DNA of 64,000 nt from an uncultured Chitinophagaceae bacterium. GTDB lineage: Bacteria; Bacteroidota; Bacteroidia; Chitinophagales; Chitinophagaceae. The stretch lies in NCBI GenBank assembly GCA_964478125.1, contig CAYZGR010000005.1, forward strand, positions 22,573 through 86,572. Reading direction: 5' to 3'. The notes under the pieces were generated by a model. The model saw only the letters and a list, made by a program, of their open reading frames with translations. It was not told the DNA's origin and made no database searches. The translations under genes and the position numbers were made by a program. This document shows, piece after piece, positions 19,408-27,916 of this stretch (positions within the stretch are counted from its first letter, which is position 1; each line of letters begins with the position of its first letter).

Positions 19408-21255
19408 ATGAGCGATCCAATTAAGCATGAATGTGGCTTGATCTTCATACGTTTACGTAAGCCCTTTTCGTACTTTCAGAAAAAATATGGCACTGTCTTT
19501 TACGGCCTGAACAAACTGTATCTCCTGATGGAGAAACAACATAACCGCGGGCAGGATGGGGCGGGAATTGCCACGCTGAAACTACATACCGAGCCGGGTT
19601 ACCCTTTTTTGCACCGTATACGAAGCAATGCCAACCAGCCTATTCCCGAATTGTTTGGAAAGATCTTCTCGGAAGTGGGAGAAATTGAGAAATATCAACC
19701 GGATATGTTCAAGTATCCCGGGCTGATGAAGGGCAATATTCGTTTCCTGGGGGAATTGATCTTAGGACATCTTCGTTATGGTACCCAGGGGAAGAATAAT
19801 ATAGAACTTTGCCATCCTTTTGTTCGTTATGATCCGATACCTGCGAGGAATCTGACCCTGGCCGGTAATTTTAATATTGTAAATGTGCGGGAATTGTTTG
19901 ATTTTGTTCATGTAAAGCCCGGGCAATTGCATGCCGAGTCGGATCTGGCAGCCATGCTGGAAGTACTTTCTCACTTTATTACGCTGGAAGATAGAGCTAC
20001 TCCGGAGCAATTGGATCTGGTAAAAGTATTACGGCAGGCAGCGCCCATGTTTGACGGAGGGTATCACGTGGGGGGACTGGTAGGAAACGGAGACGGCTTT
20101 GTAATGCGCGACCCCAACGGCATCCGCCCGTCTTATTATTATGTGAACGATGAGATCGTTGTGGCAGCATCTGAACGGCCCGCCATCCAGACCGCCTTTG
20201 ACGTGCCTTTTGAGGAGATTAAAGAACTGGGTCCCGGTCATGCGCTGATCGCTAAAGAGAATGGAGAAGTGGCGGAAGAAGAAATTATGGAGCCGGGTGA
20301 AAAACGTTCCTGTAGTTTTGAACGCATCTATTTTTCCAGAGGTAATGATAAAGAAATCTATAAAGAACGACTCTCATTGGGGTATACTTTATCGGAGAAG
20401 GTGTTGGATGCCATTGACAATGATCTGAGGAACACGGTTTTTTCGTTTATTCCCAATACGGCGGAAGTGGCTTTTTATGGGTTAACAAAAGGGCTGGAGC
20501 ATTACCTGAATGAAATTAAAGTAAAACGCATCCTGGATTGGAAAAAAGCATATAAGGAAGAGCAGCTGGCAGAAATGATCAACCGCAGCGTTCGTATGGA
20601 GAAGATCGCTATAAAGGATGTAAAAATGCGTACTTTTATCGCTGCAGATTCCGGACGGGATGAGATGGTACAGCATGTTTATGATGTAACTTATGGTACG
20701 GTTCGCCCGGGGAAGGATACCCTTGTAGTTATTGATGATTCTATTGTCCGGGGGACCACCCTGAGAGAAAGTATTATTAAGATGCTGGACCGGCTCGGTC
20801 CGAAACGCATTATTGTGTTGTCTTCCGCTCCCCAGATCCGCTATCCGGATTGCTATGGTATTGATATGAGCAAAATGGGCGATTTCGTTGCCTTTCGTGC
20901 GGCCATCGCTTTATTGCGGGAGCGGGGAAAACAACATATACTGGAAAGCACCTATGGCTTATGTAAGGAACTGGCCAAGACGGATACGCTGGATGCACAA
21001 AATGCCGTGCGACATATATATAAGCCGCTGTCGGTAGAAGATATTTCTAAAAAAATTGCGGAGATCATCACGCCGGAAGGTACAAATGCGAGGGTAGAAG
21101 TGATCTACCAGTCTATCGAAAATTTGCACCAATCCTGTCCGAATAATCTGGGAGACTGGTATTTTACAGGAAATTATCCCACCCCCGGCGGTAATAAGGT
21201 AGTGAATCGTGCTTTTATGAACTTTATTGAAGGGAAAGACCAACGAGGATATTAA
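19408..21255 (+). CDS. purF: Amidophosphoribosyltransferase (long Bacteroidota form, class II glutamine amidotransferase)
   Basis: 615 aa with an Ntn Cys in KHECGL and a PRPP-binding loop (LVVIDDSIVRGTT). Confidence 0.8.
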   Translation: MSDPIKHECGLIFIRLRKPFSYFQKKYGTVFYGLNKLYLLMEKQHNRGQDGAGIATLKLHTEPGYPFLHRIRSNANQPIPELFGKIFSEVGEIEKYQPDMFKYPGLMKGNIRFLGELILGHLRYGTQGKNNIELCHPFVRYDPIPARNLTLAGNFNIVNVRELFDFVHVKPGQLHAESDLAAMLEVLSHFITLEDRATPEQLDLVKVLRQAAPMFDGGYHVGGLVGNGDGFVMRDPNGIRPSYYYVNDEIVVAASERPAIQTAFDVPFEEIKELGPGHALIAKENGEVAEEEIMEPGEKRSCSFERIYFSRGNDKEIYKERLSLGYTLSEKVLDAIDNDLRNTVFSFIPNTAEVAFYGLTKGLEHYLNEIKVKRILDWKKAYKEEQLAEMINRSVRMEKIAIKDVKMRTFIAADSGRDEMVQHVYDVTYGTVRPGKDTLVVIDDSIVRGTTLRESIIKMLDRLGPKRIIVLSSAPQIRYPDCYGIDMSKMGDFVAFRAAIALLRERGKQHILESTYGLCKELAKTDTLDAQNAVRHIYKPLSVEDISKKIAEIITPEGTNARVEVIYQSIENLHQSCPNNLGDWYFTGNYPTPGGNKVVNRAFMNFIEGKDQRGY

Positions 21256-22433
21256 AAGGAAGGGGCCGGGATCATTTTTAAACAAACTGCGTGAGCGACC
21301 GGTATCCTTTCATCAGTTAAAGTGAGCATACCGTTTTTCTCGTCCCTTTTGAAGATAGTGATTGCATTGCCGTTTTTATGTCCTATTAATGCATAGCTTC
21401 CGTCGGGAGAAAGTGTAAAATTCCTTGGAGTTTTGCCGCCGGTTGGCAGGCGGTCTAAAGGTTGTATTTTCCCACTCTGCCGGTCCACTTTATAAGTGAC
21501 AATATCATTCAGATCATCCCGGTTGGCCGCATATAGAAATTGCCCATCGGGAGACAGATGGACATCGGCTGCCCATATTTTTCCCTTGTAATGGTCCGGA
21601 AGATTGGATATTTCCTGAACCTGATGAAGTTTGCCGGGCTGATAGTGAAAAGCCATTATTTGCCCGCCCATTTCACAAATAAGATAAAGATATTTCCCAT
21701 CCGGCGCGAATTCCATTAACCGGGGACCGGAACCCGGGCTGACATCTGTAGTGGGAGGATTGCCGGGGGATAACCGCCCCGATCTTTCATCAAAGGAGTA
21801 AGTGAATATCTTATCCATGCCCAGATCGGTGACGAAAAGATCCCGGTTGTTGGGCGCCATTACCGCACAGTGTACATGGGCTGCATCCTGTCTTCCGGGA
21901 ACAATACCGTGTCCGTGGTGAGGAATGTTTTGGCTTACTTTACCTACCGAGCCGTCAGCCTTTATAGGTAAAACGGATAGGCTGCCACTGGTATAATTAG
22001 CTACAAACAGCCACTTTCCGGATGTGTCTGTAATGATATTGCAGGGGTCGGCGCCCCCGGTAAGTTGTTTATTAATGAATGCAAGCCGCCCTTTATCCGC
22101 ATTAAATGAATAGGCGTACACTTTCCCGTCGTTATGATCATGCGTTTCGCTTACTGCATATAAATATTTCCGGTTGGGACTTATAGTTAGAAAAGATGGA
22201 TTTTCTATACCGGAAACTGCACTGACTAATGTGGCCTTGCCTGAATCGGTATTAAATTTATAAACAAAAATTCCATTACTGTCGGCGGGACTATAGGTCC
22301 CAATAAAGAGAAAATACGTTTTGCTATTTTGTTGTTTTTTTGAATCTGACATGGTACAACCGGTTATGAACGTTCCTGCGATGAGCAGGAAAGCTGTTAA
22401 GGATACGATCTGGCGTAATGACTTATCGATCAA
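21252..22433 (-). CDS. Lactonase-family 7-bladed beta-propeller lipoprotein (6-phosphogluconolactonase-like)
   Basis: 393 aa with a lipobox (FITGC). YLYAV, FLYAAN and LFV blade motifs repeat. The only available start is TTG 22433. Confidence 0.8.
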   Translation of the reverse strand: MIDKSLRQIVSLTAFLLIAGTFITGCTMSDSKKQQNSKTYFLFIGTYSPADSNGIFVYKFNTDSGKATLVSAVSGIENPSFLTISPNRKYLYAVSETHDHNDGKVYAYSFNADKGRLAFINKQLTGGADPCNIITDTSGKWLFVANYTSGSLSVLPIKADGSVGKVSQNIPHHGHGIVPGRQDAAHVHCAVMAPNNRDLFVTDLGMDKIFTYSFDERSGRLSPGNPPTTDVSPGSGPRLMEFAPDGKYLYLICEMGGQIMAFHYQPGKLHQVQEISNLPDHYKGKIWAADVHLSPDGQFLYAANRDDLNDIVTYKVDRQSGKIQPLDRLPTGGKTPRNFTLSPDGSYALIGHKNGNAITIFKRDEKNGMLTLTDERIPVAHAVCLKMIPAPSF

Positions 22434-22623
22434 TTGTTAATGGTTGATTTTTCAAAGGTTTGAAATTTTCACCTGGTAGTTTCCGGCGTTTCCTCTTTTT
22501 CTGTCTTCTTATTCGTGTCTTGTTGGCCGGGGACGAATTTACAAAAAAGAAAATAACTGAAGATACAATATTCGGGGGCGCGGGATTCGTTTTCCCGGGA
22601 GCGTATTATCTTTGCATCCCAAT

Positions 22624-24474
22624 ATGCGGCGCAAAAACCTTCGAAAATATTATCGTCTTTTCAGGAATCTTCATGAATTGGAGGAAAAAGGCGCCGAATT
22701 TATTCATTTTCACGAGGTTCCGCTTAAATGGTTACACGATAAGCTTACCCCTGCGCAATTCTTAGTGCTTTCAGGTATTCTGGTCGGCTGTACGGCAGGA
22801 CTGGCCGGAGTGTTACTGAAAGCGGTGGTACATTATATTCAGAAATTTATTACGCAGGATTATCATCTTTCCTACCAGATGATCTTTTATTTCATTTTTC
22901 CGATCATGGGTATTGTCGGAACGGTAGCGATAGTCCGGTATTTCTTTAAAGGGGACTCCGGAGAGGGAATCCCCTCGGTATTATACGAGATCGCCCGCAA
23001 GTCGAGCATCGTCCGGTTTTCAAAAACGTATTCCCAACTTATTCAAAGTGGGATCACAGTAGGTTTTGGGGGTTCGGCAGGGCTGGAGAGCCCGATTGCG
23101 GTGACCGGGGCCGCTATCGGTTCAAACTATGCACGGATTTATCAAATGAATTATAAAGACCGGACTCTCTTGCTGGCAGCGGGAGCGGCAGCCGGTATCG
23201 CTTCGGCTTTTGACGCGCCTATTGCGGGAGTGATGTTCGCGGTAGAAATGCTGCTGACGGGCATGGCTTTTTCAGATTTTATTCCCCTCATCATAGCCGC
23301 TGTATGTGGAGCTTTATTGTCCAATATTATCCTCGGCAATGATCTTACCCTGCACTTTCGCTTAAAAGAAGCTTTTGATTACCGTAATGTGCCTTTGTAC
23401 GTCCTGTTAGGAATTATTTCCGGCCTGTATTGCCATTATTATGCGGTTATCGTAGGGAAAATCGAAGACCTGTTACATAAGAGGATTAAGAAAAAGTTTC
23501 GCATAGCTTTATTTAGCGGGATGGTTTTAGGGCTGTTGTGTTTTTTGTTCCCTCCCCTTTTTGGCGAGGGATATACCAGTGTAAAAGTATTGGTAGATAA
23601 TGGGGGCGCAACACTCATGCAAACCGGTATTTTTAGTTCTTTGGCGGGCAATAAATGGATGATTCTTGCTTTTGTAGGATTGGTTGGGCTTCTTAAGGTA
23701 TTTGCTACCACTTTTACCATATCCGGAGGCGGAAACGGTGGAAATTTTGCTCCTTCGCTGGTGGCAGGAGCTTTTGTTGGCTATTTTTTTGCTTTGGTAT
23801 GCCAGATAACGGGTATGGATAATGTTCCGCTGGCCAATTTTGCCATTGTTGGTATGGCGGGAGCCATGAGCGGTATTCTTTATGTGCCGTTAACCAGTAT
23901 TTTCCTGATCGCAGAGGCTACCGGCGGATATGAGTTGTTTATTCCCCTCATGATCGTTTCCACCGCCTCCTACCTGATTGTCCGTCGCTTTTCTCCTTAT
24001 TCTATAAATGTGAAAAAATGGGTGGAAGAAGGAAAGGTATTCGGCAGGAAGACCGATCAAAACCTTTTGTCACTTTTACGCGCACGGGATATTATTGAAA
24101 AGGATATTCTTACGATTTCTCCGGATGCTTCTTTACGGGATCTGATTAATCTGATAAAAATAAACAAGAGGAATATGTTTGGCGTGGTTAATGAAGATCA
24201 GGAATTGGAAGGCGTTGTTATGCTGGATGATATAAGACATATCATGTTTAAGGAGGCGCTTTATGACAGTACGGCTATCCGGCAACTGATGAAGAGTCCG
24301 CCTGCCTTTGTAGATGTAACAGAACCTATGTGGAAGGTGATGAAAAAATTTGATGAAACAAATGCCTGGAATCTGCCGGTCGTGAGCGGAAAGAGATTTA
24401 TTGGCTTTATTTCGAAATCTACCCTTTTGCAAAACTATCGCAAGATGTTACTTACCCATTCTTCAGGGGAATAA
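22624..24474 (+). CDS. ClC-type voltage-gated chloride channel/antiporter with a C-terminal CBS pair
   Basis: Selectivity-filter-like motifs are present (GEGIPS, GLESP, GGNFAPS), followed by CBS-like repeats. The ATG at 22624 is preferred over TTG 22612. Confidence 0.9.
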   Translation: MRRKNLRKYYRLFRNLHELEEKGAEFIHFHEVPLKWLHDKLTPAQFLVLSGILVGCTAGLAGVLLKAVVHYIQKFITQDYHLSYQMIFYFIFPIMGIVGTVAIVRYFFKGDSGEGIPSVLYEIARKSSIVRFSKTYSQLIQSGITVGFGGSAGLESPIAVTGAAIGSNYARIYQMNYKDRTLLLAAGAAAGIASAFDAPIAGVMFAVEMLLTGMAFSDFIPLIIAAVCGALLSNIILGNDLTLHFRLKEAFDYRNVPLYVLLGIISGLYCHYYAVIVGKIEDLLHKRIKKKFRIALFSGMVLGLLCFLFPPLFGEGYTSVKVLVDNGGATLMQTGIFSSLAGNKWMILAFVGLVGLLKVFATTFTISGGGNGGNFAPSLVAGAFVGYFFALVCQITGMDNVPLANFAIVGMAGAMSGILYVPLTSIFLIAEATGGYELFIPLMIVSTASYLIVRRFSPYSINVKKWVEEGKVFGRKTDQNLLSLLRARDIIEKDILTISPDASLRDLINLIKINKRNMFGVVNEDQELEGVVMLDDIRHIMFKEALYDSTAIRQLMKSPPAFVDVTEPMWKVMKKFDETNAWNLPVVSGKRFIGFISKSTLLQNYRKMLLTHSSGE

Positions 24475-24552
24475 GCGTACTACATGGAGGAACATATCCC
24501 TGAAGTTGAAGTCAGAGTCGTCGGTTTTCGGTAAGCACATGTCCCGTTATTC

Positions 24553-25590
24553 CTACAAACGGGCGTAACGATAGGTATATTTAAACCATGAGCGTAAATT
24601 AGCCGGCCGTTCCATATCAATAATAAGCTTTTTACGTTCAATTTGGCGCATATCCGGCATCCGGATTTCGGTACCCTGTATTTTTTTAAGTTGATGAAGC
24701 GCTATCAGTCCGAAGGCGTAAATACCGGCCATAGATAAGGAAAGATCCTGCCTGCGATGGAGCGATTCCGGAAGCTGCCGGATCTGTTCCTTCATCTTGT
24801 TGATTTCACCCATGAAAAATTGTTCGAACGCATATACATCCTGCATGGTGTTAGGCAAGGTGGAAATCTCATCTTGCAGGTCTTTGTATATGTCATACAG
24901 GTCATTTGTCAACTGGATTAAGGTACCTAATCGATACCAACATTCTCTAACGGCGGTCGTGCGGGGGTGGTCCATATAAAAGCTGCAAAGCAAGACCGCA
25001 TATCCGCCTTTGTCAAAGGTGACTTTGCGGAGCGTTTCGGCAGAAAGCGTGCTGCGGTATTGCTCTTTGGATTGCTTTTGTGCCTCAAAAAGCTTTACGG
25101 ATACCTCATCGTACAGGTTTTCCTCTTTTACAAAACTCCTTAATAGTTTATGAGATTCTTTAAAAACAATTTCGTCAAAATTCCGGCAGTTGTATTGGTC
25201 ATAGTGAAATGATATATTATATAGTTGTTTTTCATCCAGCAGGTCATAGTCCGTGAAGTCGTCAAAAAGAGAACTGCATATAAAATAATGGATGAAACGC
25301 AATTTTTCTGATTTATTCATTCTTCGGTCTGCCAGTCGGGCAAAGGGTTGACATACCATCGGCAGGTAGATCCCGTAGCTAATGGCGATCTTTTTTCGGG
25401 TGGTCACCCTGAACCGGCCTTTATACTTTTTCTCGATTTTATCCAACAGCTTGTAAGCCCGTTTGGTCTCTTTTCGGCGCGTGAAGATAATGAAGAAGGC
25501 CCTTCTTATTACTGTCAGCCAAAACCAGAAGAAATATTGCATGCCATTAGGGTTGTTTTTTAAAGTATTGTGCAGAGGTTTAAGAACCAT
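24553..25590 (-). CDS. Membrane-anchored protein with squalene/phytoene-synthase-like (class I isoprenoid enzyme) Asp-rich motifs
   Basis: It has an N-terminal TM helix, DDFTDYD (nt 25243-25263) and LGTLIQLTNDLYDIYKDLQDE (motif core nt 24868-24906). An alternative start is ATG 25542. Confidence 0.45.
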   Translation of the reverse strand: MVLKPLHNTLKNNPNGMQYFFWFWLTVIRRAFFIIFTRRKETKRAYKLLDKIEKKYKGRFRVTTRKKIAISYGIYLPMVCQPFARLADRRMNKSEKLRFIHYFICSSLFDDFTDYDLLDEKQLYNISFHYDQYNCRNFDEIVFKESHKLLRSFVKEENLYDEVSVKLFEAQKQSKEQYRSTLSAETLRKVTFDKGGYAVLLCSFYMDHPRTTAVRECWYRLGTLIQLTNDLYDIYKDLQDEISTLPNTMQDVYAFEQFFMGEINKMKEQIRQLPESLHRRQDLSLSMAGIYAFGLIALHQLKKIQGTEIRMPDMRQIERKKLIIDMERPANLRSWFKYTYRYARL

Positions 25591-26855
25591 ACAAAGGAAT
25601 CATTGACCGATAAGCGGTTCTCCCGGCCATGGACCTGCACTCTTAATAATTGGTTTTCAAGATATAGCGTTTGCCGGTAAGCCGGGCAGATAAAATAATA
25701 TTTGATCCATTGGCTGAACAGCAAAAGTTTTTTCCAGAACCGGGGTAGTATACTGGAAAAACTGGCTACAAAAAAAGTGTTATCGCCTGCATTCAGATCA
25801 TGGGCCCCTGGCAGAGACACCGGTAAAGGATCGCCACCCAGGCGTATTATGGTGGTGGAAAGCAATATGCTGTCCAGCCAGTTATCAGATTGGCGGTATT
25901 GCATGCGGGCAGTTTGCAGCAGTTGGGGTTTTAAACTATCCAATGCAGGAAGGGAAGTAGCAGCCAGCAAGCGGGATATATGATATAATAGTATCGGAGT
26001 CCTTCCGTAATGGGGAGAAATGAAAGCGGGACGGGTCAGATAAGAGCTGTCTGTGATCATCTTGTGCAAAAGTTTAACAGAAGCGCTGTCCTGCCTGTTG
26101 AAGGGCAAATTGAAATAATGAACGAAGTATAACACATTGCAAAGGACGCAAAAATCAAAGTCAATGGGCATTTTTACTCCAAACCAGGTGGAATAAGCGG
26201 GCAGATCCCGGTATGCCGGCCGGGTATTGCGTATAAGGTTAAGGGAGCCGTTGGCATGCTCGGCCATGAGTCTTTTTACCAGATGAATGATACTGTCTGA
26301 CGGGTTTTGACTCAGCCAGAGGATGGCCGTATCATCCAGGTCGTCCGGCAGCTGCTGAGACTTATTGAATAGATTCAAAAAACCGGAATTGGGGAAAACC
26401 AGAGGAGGATGTGTTCGCCAGAAATTATACGTGGGAAGTCCGGAGGTGTTCCGGAAGTGCGGGTAAGCAGCCTGTGCCCTTTGGATAATGGAATCGCTTT
26501 GTACTTGTTGTCGCGGGCTCATATAAGGTTGAAGGTATTTCAGGGTAAAAGCAATTAAACCGGTAAAGAAAATATTGTTGTCCGGTTTTAGTTTATCACC
26601 CCGGCCATAACGTCGAAAGGAAGGGAAACTGCCTTTATAGAAAAAATCGGTTTGCTGCATTTGCCGGTCGGCGATCGTGGCTAATAATGAATCGATGCGA
26701 TGGGTATCCTGGGCATAACAGGAAGGATAGGAGATCATCAGGCTGCTCCATAACAGGGGAATCATCCACAACAACCTTTTGTAGACGTCCTTTTTACGTG
26801 TCGGAAGAGAAGAAGATATATTCTTAATACGATCCATCCGGGCAAAAATAAACAT
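25560..26855 (-). CDS. Signal/anchor-bearing alpha/alpha-toroid-like protein with a class II terpene-cyclase DxDDTA motif
   Basis: 431 aa. DLDDTA occupies aa 172-177 (nt 26325-26342). Helix-hairpin patterns repeat along the sequence. The gene starts 8 nt downstream of gldB. Confidence 0.4.
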   Translation of the reverse strand: MFIFARMDRIKNISSSLPTRKKDVYKRLLWMIPLLWSSLMISYPSCYAQDTHRIDSLLATIADRQMQQTDFFYKGSFPSFRRYGRGDKLKPDNNIFFTGLIAFTLKYLQPYMSPRQQVQSDSIIQRAQAAYPHFRNTSGLPTYNFWRTHPPLVFPNSGFLNLFNKSQQLPDDLDDTAILWLSQNPSDSIIHLVKRLMAEHANGSLNLIRNTRPAYRDLPAYSTWFGVKMPIDFDFCVLCNVLYFVHYFNLPFNRQDSASVKLLHKMITDSSYLTRPAFISPHYGRTPILLYHISRLLAATSLPALDSLKPQLLQTARMQYRQSDNWLDSILLSTTIIRLGGDPLPVSLPGAHDLNAGDNTFFVASFSSILPRFWKKLLLFSQWIKYYFICPAYRQTLYLENQLLRVQVHGRENRLSVNDSFVWFLNLCTIL

Positions 26856-26863
26856 GTTTCGGT

Positions 26864-27895
26864 TTAGTGCGGCCTGTATCCCGATTTGCTCAGGAGCTTT
26901 TGTCCGTCAGGTAGTTTCATAAGCTCTGGAAGAGAAGTTCCCGGATATTTTTCCATATACTTACGGATGATCTGCCAGCCTATCCAACTGCCGATATTTC
27001 CGGGGGCCTCCAGGGGCATACCCCGTGAAGAGGGGCCGGGCCCTATATAATAGCGAATGGTCAGTGGATCATTTTCATATAATAAGTTTTTTCTGATAAA
27101 ATATTGCCAGATAAACTGCTCGTTCTTTTTGCACCACTGCAGTTGTTTTTCCGAATAACCTATTTTAAGAGCATCTTTTGTTTCGGGCAATATTTTATCT
27201 AAGAAGTAAAGTTGTTTCCCGTATGCGGTCATTTGGTCCAGGAGCGTTCCCTTTTCCTCTATCGGAAACAGCTGTTGTTCGATAACCTTAATACAACTGA
27301 CCACTAATTGGTTTGCAGAAAAACTTTTTAGAATATAAGCCGGATAAGGATTTACCACCTGCCTGTATAATGGGAAACCGGCTCCTAAGAACATATCCAG
27401 TCCAATTCCCAATACGGAGTCAACGGTAATGGCGCCGTAATTCGCCAAGGCAGACATGAAAGTGACCACGCGAGGGGGATGAAAAGAAGGCAGGTAATAT
27501 TTGATGTACCGAAAGCTTTGATCGAGCTGCCTGTTGATCTGTTGGATCTTTCTTGGAGGGAAATGTGCATCTATGGTATCTTGCAGTTTCTGTATATCTT
27601 TACTGGTTATGAAAGCTTTTATATCTCTTTTGGACCATCCGCTATCCGTAGGAGAAACAAAATTCATGATCTGGTTCATATAGACCGGGAAAAACTCGGG
27701 ATAGTTTTTTTCCAAATGGGATAGACCGCTATCAAGATGGTCCGGGTTGAGTCTCATAAACTCCTGATCAAATCTTTCTATATGGACTGAAATGGGGATA
27801 TGGCTGACATCAGGAGCCTTTTTGCCCGAATGGCATCCTTCAATCAGTAAAAACGAAAGGATCCATAAGGCAGGATATGATCTTTTTCGGAGCAT
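26864..27895 (-). CDS. gldB: Gliding motility lipoprotein GldB
   Basis: 343 aa with a lipobox (LLIEGC) and the GldB-like block SVHIERFDQEF. Size is consistent with GldB. Confidence 0.75.
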   Translation of the reverse strand: MLRKRSYPALWILSFLLIEGCHSGKKAPDVSHIPISVHIERFDQEFMRLNPDHLDSGLSHLEKNYPEFFPVYMNQIMNFVSPTDSGWSKRDIKAFITSKDIQKLQDTIDAHFPPRKIQQINRQLDQSFRYIKYYLPSFHPPRVVTFMSALANYGAITVDSVLGIGLDMFLGAGFPLYRQVVNPYPAYILKSFSANQLVVSCIKVIEQQLFPIEEKGTLLDQMTAYGKQLYFLDKILPETKDALKIGYSEKQLQWCKKNEQFIWQYFIRKNLLYENDPLTIRYYIGPGPSSRGMPLEAPGNIGSWIGWQIIRKYMEKYPGTSLPELMKLPDGQKLLSKSGYRPH

Positions 27896-27916
27896 TATTC
27901 AACAAGAGTACTTTTT

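Noticed and set aside
22434-22623. A possible fluoride or other riboswitch upstream of the ClC channel, and the 101-aa ORF at 22460-22765.
   Set aside because: The channel has CBS domains and canonical ClC filter motifs, so it is not the ClC-F type. I could not find the conserved crcB-motif elements. The ORF overlaps the ClC start in another frame and has no features of a real gene.
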